Below, one piece after another: positions 37,104 to 50,599 of a stretch of 64,000 nt of DNA. Each line of letters begins with the position of its first letter. The first letter of the stretch is position 1. Under the pieces are notes generated by a model. That model had not been told where the DNA came from and did not search any database. It saw only the letters and a program-made list of their open reading frames with translations. The position numbers were made by a program, and so were the translations under genes. Source of the DNA: Octopus sinensis (Eukaryota); the NCBI RefSeq assembly GCF_006345805.1, contig NC_043010.1, forward strand, positions 52,080,001-52,144,000. The letters are read 5' to 3'.

Positions 37104-38269
37104 AATAATATCTTAATGATCATGTTATTGCTTGTTTTACAAAATATATAGAAATATTTTTTTGAAGAGTATTTTGATAAACTACTACCCTCATCCTCTG
37201 GGTTTTTTTTTTCTTTTTAGATTTTCTTTAAAGTAATTCTTGTTTTAAGTTCCCAAAATTATTGAAAAAATTATTCAAAATATATTTTAATTTATATGTA
37301 AATATTTTTATAAAATGGTTTTTTTTGTGATTATTTTTGTGGAGTATTTTGATTAACTATAACTTTCGCAGTAATTAAAGAAAATGGAGTGGGGCGCGGA
37401 ATAAATCTCTTTTTCTGAATATTTAGCGACTATTTTCCCTATATTTAGCAAGTATTATTTATTATAAGTCTATGAAACAATATCATAGTCCGTTTTTCTT
37501 TTCTTTTTTTTTTCACAAATAAACAAAAGTTTTAAAAAGTAAATAACTCTGCAAAAATCACTTTTTAAAATACCTAACTTTCAAATAATGATTTAAATTT
37601 TAGTGCAAGGCAAGCAACTTTAGTGTGAGGGGACGGACCCGTCGATTACTTGGCTGATACTTTATTTTATCGACCTCGAACGGGTAAAACGCAAAGTCGG
37701 CCGCAGCGGCATTTGAACGCAGAACCCAAAAAGAAAGCAATTATATGATTCCTTCCACTATTGGCACAATGCCAGAAATTTTGGACGGGAGAGGGCTCGC
37801 CGATTACTTCGACCTCGGAGCTCAACTGGTAATTATTCAATCAACTCCGAAAGGACGAAAGGAAAGTCGACTTCGGAGGCATTCAAAAAGAAAACAATAA
37901 TTTAATGACAGTAGGCATGATTGTGCAGCTGAGAAAATCTACTGCGGTGTTTAATAGTTCAATACTACCTCGCAGCACCTTGGGTAAAATATCTTCTACA
38001 ATAGCCTTGAGTCTGCCAAGGACTCTTAAGTTGCCTCTATGAGTTTACGAGGTTTTTTCTAGAGTGGGGGCTGGTGAATTCTTCGGAAAAATGCTTTTTA
38101 GACATTTGGAGAGTGTTAAACACAAATATAACATAATGTATTAATTAACATACAATTTGAAAAGTGCTCTGTACATCAATAATACAGTTTAAAGTACAGT
38201 AATGTTTTCTAAAAAATGTTACTACAGAAAGTCCAAAATCTTGCTTTATTGTTCATACATGCGTGTGTG

Positions 38270-38359
<90 letters not shown>

Positions 38360-38695
38360 CTAACACATACAAACACGCACTTAAGCGTTTGTTGATCAAA
38401 CGATACGATTTATTCGAGGAAACCTTAAATAAATAATTCTAAATCAAAATTATTTTCCTTTTACTCCCTTTTTTCTTTGTCTATCAGATTTCGGATTTAC
38501 GTTTCAATTTAAAGATTTTGTTTGACAATACGCTGAGTGAAGCTTTACACACACATATATATAATGTATGTGTGTGTGTGTGGATTATGCTATGGGATTA
38601 TCTCCCCTTTCGATTTTTAGTGTGTTGCAATTTCCACTAGGTGATTGTTTACCTTCTCTCGAAGCAAAGATATTTTCAATATGTCAAGACATTTA

Positions 38696-38960
38696 AGGTG
38701 GCGAGCTGGCACAATCGTTAGCAAACCGGGTTCTTTTCAAAAAATTATTTTTTAAATCTGCCGGTCAAAGTGAAAAGACCCGCAAACCGGACAAAATGCA
38801 TAGCGCCATTTCGCCTGTCTTTATGTTCAGACTTCAAATTCCGCTGCAGTCGACTTTGTCTTTCATCCTTTCCGGAGAATCAATAAAATAAGTACCAGAT
38901 GAGTACTGCGGTCGATGTAATCCTTGAAATTGCTGGCCTTGTACCAAAATTTAAAACCAT
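38696..38960 (+). mobile_element. Family B SINE interrupted by a 53-bp mini-MITE (38729-38781)
   Basis: Exact 8-bp TSD GCAAACCG (38721-38728, 38782-38789). Insert matches the end of the GG-terminated MITE. Confidence 0.78.
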
Positions 38961-39205
38961 TATATCCAGAAATTATCTTGTATGGTGTTATAACTTTCTT
39001 CCTGACTGTTATCCAAATTCGTACCACTGGACACTTATCTCTGTTGGTTCACATACATACATACACACATCCACACACACACACACACACATATACATAT
39101 AGAATATAAGGTTAAAAATCACGTTAATGATTTTTATCAGGTATTCAGCATGCTATAAAAATTTATAGGCAATTTATACAATATATTAATAACAATATAC
39201 ATATG

Positions 39206-39868
39206 GGATCTTTACCTTTTGACCGACAGATTTTAAAAATAATTTTTTGTAACTAAACACTTTCAAACTTCGGACACTGGTGGAATGTGTCATATAAAAC
39301 ATCATATACTCTTAGCGTTTTTGAGAAAAGCTTACATTTAAGAAGTTATTTCACATTAAAGTTGTAGTATTTTGGTAATTTCAACCAATCAATGACGTGT
39401 ATTCAACAGAATAAAATTACTACTGTTGTTTGTCAACAAGAACTTCCGGTGGTGTATATTCGTTTGTCACTGTTATTTATGACAACCCTAACCCTAAAAC
39501 CTTAACCCTAACCCTAATCCTAACACCCTAACCCTAAAACCCCAACTCTAAAACCTTAAAGCTAAAACCTGTACAAATGCACGAACAATGTCATAAATAA
39601 CAGTGACAAACGAAACATACACCGCCGATAGTTGTTGTTGACAAACAATGGCAGTAATTTTATACAGCTGAATACACGTCATTGATTGGTTGAAATTACC
39701 AAAATACTACAACTTTAACATGAAATTACATCCTAAATATAAGCTTTTCTCAAAAACACTAAGAGTAAAAGATGTTTTATATGACACATTCTATCAGTGT
39801 CCAAAGTTTGAAAGTGTTTAGTTACAAAAAGTTATATTTTAAATCTGTCGGTCAAAAGGTAAAGATCA
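39206..39868. mobile_element. Fold-back MITE (Merlin-like) with ~280-bp TIRs around a (CCCTAA)n core
   Basis: 39206-39484 is inverted relative to 39589-39868. Telomere-like tract 39485-39570. TSD TACATATG. Confidence 0.85.
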
Positions 39869-40209
39869 TACATATGTATATTACTATTAATTTTACATAT
39901 ATATATTTACATTAATGATGAATTTGTTTTGCAAGATTCCTAATGTGAAACCGTGTGTTGAAACAGATATTGTTATATTTTGGGATGATAATTTTATTTG
40001 TTTTTGCGAAATGAATTAAGTGGAGCAGGAAGACACATGTTGAAGGAAAGAGTCACTGAAGAGGTCACAGATGTGTGATGAAAGATTTCAGAACAATGGA
40101 CGGGAGATAAAATATGAACACTAATAAATGAGTGAAGAACGAACATATAGTGCATGTGTTTATTTGGAGAAAACAAATAAAACTGACCATCCCAAAATAT
40201 AACAATATA

Positions 40210-40612
40210 TGGAGTGTCTGTGTGGTAAGAAGCTTGCTTCCCAACAATATGGTTCCATGTTCAGTCCCACAGCATGGCATCTTGGACAAGTATCTTCTAC
40301 TATAGCCTAAGGCTGACCAAAGCTTTGTAAGGGGATTTGGTAGAAGGAAACTGAAAGAAGCCTGCTGTATACATATATGTGTGTGCGTATATATATATAT
40401 ATATATATTTGTGTGTCTGTGTTATCCACCCCACCATCACTTGACAACCAATGTTGGTGTGTTTACATTCCCGTAGCTTAGCGGTTTAGCGAGACCGATA
40501 GAATGAGTAATAGGCTCACAAAGAATAAGTCCTGGGTTCATTTCTTCGACTAACAGCAGTGCTGTAGTATGGCCACAGTCAAATGACTGAAACAAGTAAA
40601 AGAATAAAAGAA
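40210..40612 (+). mobile_element. Family A SINE
   Basis: Family head, core and tail. Confidence 0.85.
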
Positions 40613-40742
40613 TATATTTGTCATGTTAGACCACTGAGCTCAACATGTTTTTTTCATTCTTTCTTTTTTTTTCTTTCTTCTTATTCCTTTCCGTCAAAGA
40701 GCATAGGCTCAAAATATAAGACTTTTCCATTTTTTCCTGAGC

Positions 40743-40815
<73 letters not shown>

Positions 40816-40852
40816 ATATCACAATACTACACAGTGGCTGTGTGAGCTACGA

Positions 40853-41357
40853 AATCCTCGTCGCCACTGTTACGTTGCAATGGCCCAGTGGTTAGGGCAG
40901 CGGACTCGCGGTCGTAGGATCGCGGTTTCGATTCCCAGACCAGGCATTGTGAGTGTTTATTGAGCGAAAACACCTAAAGCTTCACAAGGTTCCTGCAGGG
41001 GGGGGTGAACCCTGCTGTACTCTTTCACCACAACTTTCTCTCACTCTTTCTTCCTGTTTCTGTTGTACCTGTATTTCAAAGGGCCAGCCTTGTCACACTC
41101 TGTGTCACGCTGAATCTCCTCGAGAACTACGTTAAGGGTACACGTGTCTGTGGAGTGCTCAGCCACTTGCACTTTAATTCCACGAGCAAGCTGTTCCGTT
41201 GATTTGGATCAACCGGAACCCTCGTCGTCATAACCGACGGAGTGCTCCTACTACTCCACTCAACTCTGTTCTAGTCTACCTCGACGTCTAGACTCCGCCC
41301 TCTTATATCTACGTATTGGGCTAGCCTACTTCATCATCTGGGGGCAACCACACAACA
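40853..41357 (-). mobile_element. Gypsy-type LTR plus PBS remnant, split by a family D SINE
   Basis: Minus strand TG start at 41357; ...AACA-G-TGGCGACGAGGATT PBS at 40853-40866. Confidence 0.55.
40877..41250 (+). mobile_element. Family D SINE
   Basis: GCAATGGCCCAGTGGTTAGGGCAGCGGACTCGCGG...GGTTTCGATTCC head. Confidence 0.85.
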
Positions 41358-41949
41358 GAGAAAGCTGTTTATGTATGTAGATATATGTTCTTTTATTTTT
41401 CCTTTTTTCAGTCATTAGACTGTGACCATGCTACAGCACTGCTTTCACTGGTTTAGTTGAGCAAATCAATGTTGGTACTGTTTTCGTTTTATTAATCTCG
41501 TACTTATTCTCTCGATGACTTTTTTGCTCAACTTCTAAGTTATGGAGACATAAATATACCAACGCTAGTTATTAGCTGATGCATGACAAACACAAATATG
41601 CACACACACACACACGCACACACACACATGCATACACACACACAAATGTATGTATATATGAATACATTATAGGCTTCTACACAGTTTCCATTTACTAAGT
41701 TTACTCGCTAGGTATTGTTCAGTCATGTTCAAAGTCCTGTACAGTTGAACAGAGGTTGAAATTACTTTTTAAGCACATTGCCATACTTGTGTGTACACTC
41801 ACACACATACACGTACACACACACACATGCATACCTACATATCAACAACAGTGTTATGTAAGATCCATGATGGTAGAGTCTGAGAAGTATAAAGTTCCAA
41901 ATGTAATCCAGATGATGGTAAAGTGATTTAAGAAAGGTACCGGAGTTGT

Positions 41950-42268
41950 TGAAACTCCCTTCAGTCATGACTGACCATGGGATTGCACCTAGAAAGTTAC
42001 CCACCCAAGCACAAGTCTAGGCAAGGTTGTTTATAGAAGACCAGCAGTCGCCCATACATATCGGCCTCCCCTCTCCACACCACGAGTGTTATCCAAGGGA
42101 AAGACAAAGGGGCCGATACAGCTTGGCATCAGTGACATCGCAACTCATTTGTACAGCTGAGTGAACTGGAGCAACGTGAAATAAAGTGTCTTGCTCAAGA
42201 ACACAACAAGCAGCCCGGTCTGGGATTCGAACTCACAACCAAACGATCGTAAGCTCAACGCTCTAACC
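41950..42268 (-). mobile_element. Family C SINE
   Basis: Reverse complement of the 22983-23310 type. Confidence 0.86.
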
Positions 42269-42269
42269 A

Positions 42270-42645
42270 GGTAGAAGACGGGGATGAGGGTTGTAGGGAG
42301 GAGGAAGTTCAGTCAGACAGGATCAAACTGGAGTGACCTCATGAGTGTATATTATATATAGTTCAAAATGGTACAAGAAACAAAAAACAAAGACATGTGA
42401 AGGAAAATGTGAAGCTGTTAATCCAGACATGTTTCTCTCCCTCTCTCTTTCTCTCTCTCTGTTTTTCTTTTTTTTTTTACTCTCTCCGTGTTTTCTTTCC
42501 TTATTCCTTTTTGTAGATGAGCGTAGGTTTGTAACGTGAAACACTCTTCCATTTTCCCCAAGTGTTAAACTAATACGCCTTGTTTGTTGCTCTGTCATCT
42601 GTCTCTGTCTTCTGTTCTTTGTCTTCAGTACAATTTTGAACCATA
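42270..42645. mobile_element. Penelope-like remnant with inverted terminal piece
   Basis: GATGAGCGTAGG core at 42516; IR ~42360-42396 / 42606-42642; 42270-42345 is related to 44405-44440. Confidence 0.5.
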
Positions 42646-42709
42646 CATATATATATTATGCATACGTAAATAGTATATACATATAATGCACAACTTACAC
42701 ATATTGTAC

Positions 42710-43858
42710 ACACATGCATACATACATGCGTACATACATACACGCATACATACAGACATACCTACACACATGCATACACACATATATACATACGTACGTA
42801 CATACATACACACATATATACATACATACGTACATACGTACATACATACGTACGTACGTACATACGTACATACGTACATACATACATACATACGTACGTA
42901 CGTACATACGCACAAACATACATACGTACATACATACATATATACATACATACATACGTACATACGTACATACATACGTACGTACGTACATACATACATA
43001 CATACATACATACGTACGTACGTACATACGTACACACATACATACATACATACATACGTACGTACGTACGTACATACGTACATACATACGTACGTACGTA
43101 CGTACATACATACATACGTACATACGTACATACATACATACATACATACATACATACATACATACGTACGTACGTACATACGTACATACATACGTACGTA
43201 CGTACATACGTACATACATACATACGTACGTACGTACATACGTACAAACATACGTACATACATACATACATACATACATACGTACATACGTACATACATA
43301 CATACGTACGTACGTACATACGTTCATACATACATACGTACATACGTACATACATACATACATACATACATACGTACGTACGTACATACATACATACGTA
43401 CATATGTACATACGTACATACATACATACATACATACATACATACATACGTACGTACGTATGTATGTACGCACGTATGTATGTATGTACGTATGTATGTA
43501 TGTACGTACGTACATACATACATACATACATACGTATGTACATACATACCTACGTACGTACGTACGTACATACATACATACATACATACGTACATATATA
43601 CATACATACGTACGTACATAGTACATATATACGTACATACATACATGCGTACATACATACGTACGTACGTACATACGTGCGTACATACATACGTACGTAC
43701 ATACATACGTACGTACATACATACGTACGTACATACATACATACGTACATACATACGTACGTACGTACATACATACTACATACATACATACATACATACA
43801 TACATACATACATACATACATACATACATACATACATACGTACATATATACATACATA
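42710..43858. repeat. Compound tetranucleotide satellite (CATA/CGTA)n, ~1.15 kb
   Basis: Directly visible; source of the long spurious ORFs. Confidence 0.98.
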
Positions 43859-44057
43859 CCTGGTTGGCCATACTATTTGTAATTCTGTATTGACTTGAAT
43901 AGAAAAATGAGTCGCTCAAGAAGGACTTCAGTTTGAACAATTTTCATGATGTTTCATATTTAGATGTTTAGTAAATTCATTCAGTTGTTAAACATAAATA
44001 AATCTTGGAATTAAATGGTTTTGATTTACTGACAGGTGACTTTTGGCCAACCCTGTA
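43857..44057. mobile_element. Tc1/mariner-type MITE
   Basis: TA-CCTGGTTGGCCA / TGGCCAACCCTG-TA termini. Confidence 0.6.
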
Positions 44058-44221
44058 CATACATAGAGTGAATACTTGTTAAACTCTAACTCTGCCAAAT
44101 TGGTAAGTGGATAAATCAAGCAAAATCTAAATTAGCAGTCACAGTTAATTTCTGCAGTCATCATTGGGTATCAAGTGTTGTCAGGATGTATATTATAGGC
44201 ATATAATATACCTATATATAT

Positions 44222-44565
44222 TGCTAGCCACTACACACATTTTTTCTCTCCTTGTTTCTTTATGTTTTCTTTCCTGTGGAAGAGCGTAGGCTCGAAACAT
44301 TAAAGACTTTTTCAATTCCCGAGTGTTACACTAATACATCTGTTTGTTTTCTACACCACCTGTCTTCGTCTTTTGTTTTTTTCATGAATTCTCCCCATAT
44401 ATCATACGCTCACGTGGTCACCCCAGTTGATCCTGTCTCCTCTCATCACCCACAAACTTCCATACTGGACTTTCTACCTCTCTACCCTTTACAGATTCTC
44501 TTTTGGACTTTCTACTCTCCGGCTGCGCCTCTCCTGCTTATGGATTACTCTGGACTCTTCTGTTG
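44222..44565 (+). mobile_element. Penelope-like pseudo-LTR remnant
   Basis: Homologous to 14793-14985; GGAAGAGCGTAGGCTCGAAAC at 44278. Confidence 0.6.
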
Positions 44566-45534
44566 ATATATTATAGGCATGCTAGTTAAGTGCTGCACAC
44601 TTTTCAACTAGTTATATCATGACATATTTTGGTTGGACAGTGGAATAAGAGAAGAGTAACATGAATAAGGATGAAAAGCAAGCAACATTTCACCAATATG
44701 CTCCTCTCAAAGAAACATACTCATTCTTTCTAGCATTCATCATTCCCCTTAAGTAATTAGCCCCTGAAATCACCTACTTCTAGAATTCATTCACACCAAT
44801 CCTCTTCCTGTTCCTCTCTATCTACATTCAGCCTGTTGTTTATATAAAACTTATTCTTTCTTGTTCACTTTTACACACCTGTCTAATAAACACTACATTT
44901 TCCAGTTGAATTTTATCTTGTATTTTTTACCTTTTACTTGTTTCAGCCAATAAACTGTAACTATGTTGGGACGCTACTTATACATATATATTTATATGTA
45001 TGTATTTATATATTGTGGTGGGCACTCCCAGGTGAGAAGTGGACTGGTCCACTACTAATAAATAGTGGACTGACACAGTCAGTAATGTCAGTCAGTGAGC
45101 TAGTTTTGGTGTTTTTTTAATCATTTATGATCCCTGTGAGTTAAATAGTTATATACTTGTTGAAGGTTCCCATAAGGGTGAACCTACTTGTTGGATATCA
45201 GTGTTAAACTCCTTACTCTTTTACTTGTTTCAGTCATTTGACTGTGGCCATGCTAGAGCACCACCTTTAGTCAAGCAAATCGATCCCAGGTCTTATTCTT
45301 TGTAAGCCTAGTACTTATTCTATCAGTCTCTTTATACTAAAAAATAATAGGCTGAAAATAGATTTTTACCACTATTCGCGGGTGCCTTGGGAAAAAAATA
45401 AGTTGACAAATGTCCTCCTAAAATTTGAGTGACATGCATGCTAATTTGTGGATGTGCATAAACTACAATCACATACACACACACATCTTGTCTTATATAT
45501 ATACAGATATATATATATATATACATATACATAC

Positions 45535-45568
<34 letters not shown>

Positions 45569-45579
45569 ATGTATATAGA

Positions 45580-47207
45580 CAGATAAGAAAATGGAGAGGA
45601 TATAAAATCGACAAACATCAGCCAGTAAACATTCCATTATATCTATTTATTAAATGACAACAAACATGTGTTAAGTGGTACAAGTAAACGAATGAGATCA
45701 GCCAATAAATACATAAACAGATATATATAGAGAGAGAGATGAATGAATAATAATAGATGAGTGTACAGATACAAATCCTTTACAGCTGTTTCTACCACAA
45801 GACCTCAGAATCTTGCAAGTCACCCTCATCACGTCAGTGATATACTCTTTTACTTGTTTCAGTCATTTGACTGCGGCCATGCTGGAGCACCGCCTTTAGT
45901 CGAGCAAATCGACACCGGGACTTATTCTTTGTAAGCCCAGTACTTATTCTATCGGCCTCTTTTGCCGAACCGCAAAGTGACGGGGACGTAAACACACCAG
46001 CATCGGTTGTCAAGCAATGCTAGGGAGACAAACACATACACACACATACATATATATATATATATGTATATATACATATGTACAACAGGCTTCTTTCAGT
46101 TTCCGTCTACCAAATCCACTCACAAGGCATTGGTCGGCGCGGGGCTGTAGCAGAAGGGACACTTGCCCAAGATGCCATGCAGTGGGACTGAACCCGGAAC
46201 CATGTGGTTGGTTAGCAAGCTACTTACCACACAGCCACTCTTGCAGGATGAACAAATATTGGACAGAGATTGGGTAATGGTTGAGCCTCAAGGCTTCTTC
46301 AGAGAGTACAAATTTTAGAAAACTAACATATGGGAATTTCAGTTAGAATAATAGAGTAGGGTATAAAGATAAAATAGGTAAAAATAAAAGAGTAAAATAA
46401 GTAAAAATAAAAAATATTGTCATGTAATGTAAGAGACATGGTAAGGAAAAGGAAGAACTTAATTTTAAGGTTTTATTATAATCCATGGTATTCCATCCCA
46501 TGGCAAATAAATAAAGTCATTCTCAGGAGATATATCCGTAGGCTGCAGTTTACATCGTGTTTCCATTATACTGAGGGAAATAGTGAATCTAGTATATATT
46601 TAATGGTATGGTCCATGCTATAGGGGTTAAAAATGCTATTTAATAGATATAGCATTATGAAAGGAGTTGGCAGAAATAACTTAGATTGAACCTGTTAGGG
46701 AAAAATTAATACATAAGTACGTTAATGAAAGAGAAATTGGATAAAACCATAGTGTGATGTAAATATTTGTCACTTATTTGCTGAAAACTCATCGCAATAC
46801 TCTTATGTGTAGCGGGGTGAGGTCAAAATCAATCCTACAACCTAAGAGGCCTTATGATATTTTTGTAAATGTCTCATTTATATCTATATATTGACCAACC
46901 ATAAAGGGCTAATATTGGTAGAATGAGACATACTTATCTACATGGCCGAAACAGCTGTAAGATGTAATCTATACTTATATTTATATTTACTTATATTTAT
47001 ATTCTCTTTTATATATATTCTACTTATTATACAACATTACTCGTTTATGTACACTTTTTTTATGTACATTCCTTTATGTATACTGATTTGTTCTGCTTTT
47101 TATATTTAACCCTACAGTATCCTATCTGGTGGTTTGATAAAGTATGTGATTGAGTATTATCTGGTAATTGATATTTGATTTAGATGTATTTCTCCATTTT
47201 CTTATCT

Positions 47208-47210
<3 letters not shown>
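45580..47210. mobile_element. Old Penelope-like element with inverted pseudo-LTR pair, split by a SINE
   Basis: GAAACAGCTGTA on minus at 45781-45792 and on plus at ~46948. AGATAAGAAAATGGAG (45581) is inverted at ~47192. Confidence 0.55.
45845..46240 (-). mobile_element. Family A SINE, young
   Basis: Near-consensus and CpG-rich. Confidence 0.9.
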
Positions 47211-47253
<43 letters not shown>

Positions 47254-47384
47254 CATATATATATATGCACACATTTTTAAAATTATTTTTTAATTATCAT
47301 TGTTTCAGGCCGAAGCTGCCATGTTGGAGCATCACCATTAGTGCAATTCAAAGTCACTTCCTGAGCCTTCCTCCTGAATTGATT

Positions 47385-47618
47385 TTTATTTCATTTTTGC
47401 CTACAAGGGGCTAAACATAGAGGGGACAAACAAAAATAGACAAAGGGATTAAGTCGATTGCATTGACACTAGTGCGTAACTGGTACTTAATTTATTGACC
47501 CCGAAAGAATGAAAAGCAAAGTCAATCTTGCCGGAATTTGAACTCAGAACGTAACGGCAGACGAAATACCGCTAAGCATTTTGCCCGGCGTGCTAACGTT
47601 TCTGCCAGCTCGCCACCT
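47385..47618 (-). mobile_element. Family B SINE
   Basis: Full monomer on minus strand. Confidence 0.88.
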
Positions 47619-48172
47619 TCTGATTCTGGTGAAGCAATGAGTTGGATAATGTTTCCCTTCTTTGTGTTTCTTGGTGCAATGTAGGTTCATTCAGTATCAC
47701 AGATAAAAATTTGTCTAAATGTTCTTTAACTCATTAACATCTATGCCTTGTAGATCTCTAAGGTTTTTTTTTGTTTTTTTTTGGCAAGGTATTGAAATGC
47801 TGTGGGACCTTGACACTTAAGCTGTTACAATTTTGGGTCCTTACCCAAGATAAGAGGGCAGGTTCTTTGGTGAAGTTAGTATAGGTTTCAACCCCAATTT
47901 CAGGTGCCAGATCTTCTAGGATCTTCCACATATATATCACTGCATATCTTTTGCATCTTCTCTTTAGCAACTGGAGCATCAGTCATTTTAGCCTTTCCCA
48001 ATAACTCACCTTTTGCATTGAGGCAGTCTTCTTGGTGTAGTGACATTGAATTGTCTTGAGTTCCACTGTTAGTTTAACGTTTTGTGATGATGATAGTTGG
48101 GAGCAGTAATCCAAGCGATTGAGAATGAATGTTTACCATAGGAGCAACATGTTTTCTATTTTCCAAGTAAAA

Positions 48173-48404
48173 GGCGGCGAGCTGGCAGACACGTTAGCGC
48201 GCTGGGCGAAATGCTTAGCGGTATTTCGTCTGTCGTTACGTTCTGAGTTCAAATTCCGCCGAGGTCAACTTTGCCTTTCATCCTTTCGGGGTCAATAAAT
48301 TAAGTACCAGTTTCACACTGGGGGTGATATAATCGATTCAATCCCTTCGTCTGTCCGTGTTTGTTCCCTCTATGTTTAGCCCCTTGTGGGCAGTAAAGAA
48401 AAAT
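48173..48404 (+). mobile_element. Family B SINE nested in the LINE
   Basis: Full monomer. Confidence 0.9.
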
Positions 48405-48595
48405 ATATGTTCCTTGTTTCAAATGATTTCAGAATCCAACAAGCTATATGTTATTACTATGTTAGTAATATGCACATGGAATAATGTGTCATTACTCATG
48501 TGGATTTCCAGGTCATACACTGATTCTAATTCTGAGATTGCAAAACACCTTGGTCCTATGTATTCTGATTGCAATCTATTTTATTTACTTGCCAT

Positions 48596-48998
48596 AGGCA
48601 CAGGAGTGGCTGTGTGGAAAGTAGCTTGCTTACCAACCACATGGTTCCGGATTCAGTCCCACTGTGTGGCATCTTTGCAAGTGTCTTCTACTGTAGCCTT
48701 GGGCTGACCAAAGCCTTGTGAGTGGATTTGGTAGACGGAAACTGAAAGAAGCCCATCGTATATATGTATATGTATGTGTGTGTATGTGTTTGTGTGTGTG
48801 TGTTTGTTCCCCCAACATCGCTTGACAACCTATGCTGGTATGTTTACGTCCCTGTAACTTAGCGGTTCGGCAAAAGAGGCCGACAAAATAAGTACTAGGC
48901 TTACAAAGAATAAGTCCTGGGGGCGATTTGCTCGACTAAAGGCAGTGCTCCAGCATGGCCACAGTCAAATTACTGAAACAAGTAAAAGAGTAAAGAGT
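48596..48998 (+). mobile_element. Family A SINE nested in the LINE
   Basis: Full length. Confidence 0.9.
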
Positions 48999-49014
48999 AT
49001 ATATATATATATAC

Positions 49015-49102
<88 letters not shown>

Positions 49103-50159
49103 CATTAGGTTGTAGGATTAACTTTGATCTCACTCCAGTACACATAGGGGTATTAGGATTAGTTTTCAGCCCATAAGTAACAAATATTTACATCCCAATA
49201 TTTACAATATTTGCTCAACTAAAGGCGGTGCCCCAGCATGGCCACAGTCAAATGACTGAAACAAGTAAAAGATTATTAGTGAATCACTAGTAGAGTGCTT
49301 GAAAATTCTCAGCATTGAACTACATGTTTTCTTCAGCCCACTTGTATGTTGTGCTGAGATCTTTTGATAGTTGTGAGTTATCATCAAGGTTCTTCATTGC
49401 TTGTGATACTTTTATATCATCAGCATAGCCGGTTGTTGCTGTTGTTAAACAACAAGACGGGTAAGGGTGATTAGGTGATGGGAGACCCCAGACCTTGGGA
49501 AAAAAAAAAAACTTTGGTCGTCTTGTTGTAGTCGAGGGCTCTTCGTTGATGCCCGACACCACTGGGAGGTGGCCCTGGAAGTCGCTGGAAACGGAGATCT
49601 CCAGGTCCAAATTCTTGGACGGCAGCATAGCTGGTGAGAGTGGCTGACAGTGTGACTGAGTGTGTGCCTTAGAGAGCCACCACAAACACTAATGGTGTTA
49701 GTACAGTTCCTTGAAGGATTTCACTTAGTGTTGATGTCTCTTTAGAGAGAGCACCATTGGCTGCAACCATCTGACTCTTATCTTTTATAAAAAGTCTGCA
49801 GCCACTTCCTTACTTTTCCTTTGATACCAGGGTTATGTAATTTGTGACATTGACGTGATCAACTTTGTTGAAAGCCTTGACAAAGTTGGGATATATCACT
49901 TCCATATTTGAATAAGAGTTAGTTCAAATTTGGCATCAATTACAATTAACATGTTGACGAATTGACTCATACAGATTCTGAATGGTTGTTAGGGGAATTT
50001 TGAGCTATTTTCCAAGTAAAACCTGCTTTAGCTTTTTCAGTAACAATGGTGGAGGGAATTGACTCTGTTTGATTATATTGAGATTCCAAGATTGTGTGTA
50101 TGTGTGTGTGTGTGTGGGTGGGGGGGGGCAATCGAAGTTGTCTATTTCACTTTTGAGCT

Positions 50160-50366
50160 CTTTTACTCTTTTACTTGCTTCAGTCATTTGACTGCGGCCA
50201 TGCTGGAGCACCGCCTTTACTCGAGCAAATTGCCCCCAGGACTTATTCTTTGTAAACCTAGTACTTATTCTATCGGTCTCTTTTGCCGAACCACTAAGTT
50301 ACGGGGATGTAAACACACCAACATCAGTTGTCAAGCGATGTTGGGGGGACAAACACAGACTCACAA

Positions 50367-50411
<45 letters not shown>

Positions 50412-50590
50412 CATATACATATATATGACAAGCTTCTTTCAGTTTCCATCTACCACATCCATTCACAAGGCTTTGGTCAGCTTGAAGCTATCGTAGAAGA
50501 CAATTACCCAAGGTACCACACAGCGGGACTGAACCCGGGAACCATGTGGTTGGTAAGCAAGCTACTTACTGCACAGCCACTCCTGTGCCT
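50160..50590 (-). mobile_element. Family A SINE
   Basis: Full length on minus strand. Confidence 0.9.
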
Positions 50591-50599
50591 ATGACTCTT

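Larger units (their letters stand above)
47620..49910 (-). mobile_element. CR1-group LINE reverse transcriptase fossil, fragmented by SINE insertions
   Basis: In order along the minus strand: NFVKAFNKVDH (~49870), LQGTVL (~49710), YADDIKV (~49420), RLDYCSQL (~48105), KRYAVIYMWKILE (~47930). Confidence 0.8.

Noticed and set aside
39485-39570. Telomere or chromosome-fusion relic
   Set aside because: Short degenerate tract inside a TSD-flanked MITE.
42625-43898. Long ORFs of 95-394 aa (YVCM/HTYI repeats)
   Set aside because: Stop-free translation of a tetranucleotide satellite.
49430-49690. GC-richer insert giving a 121-aa ORF fused to YADD
   Set aside because: Chimera of an unidentified insert and the LINE fossil, not a gene.
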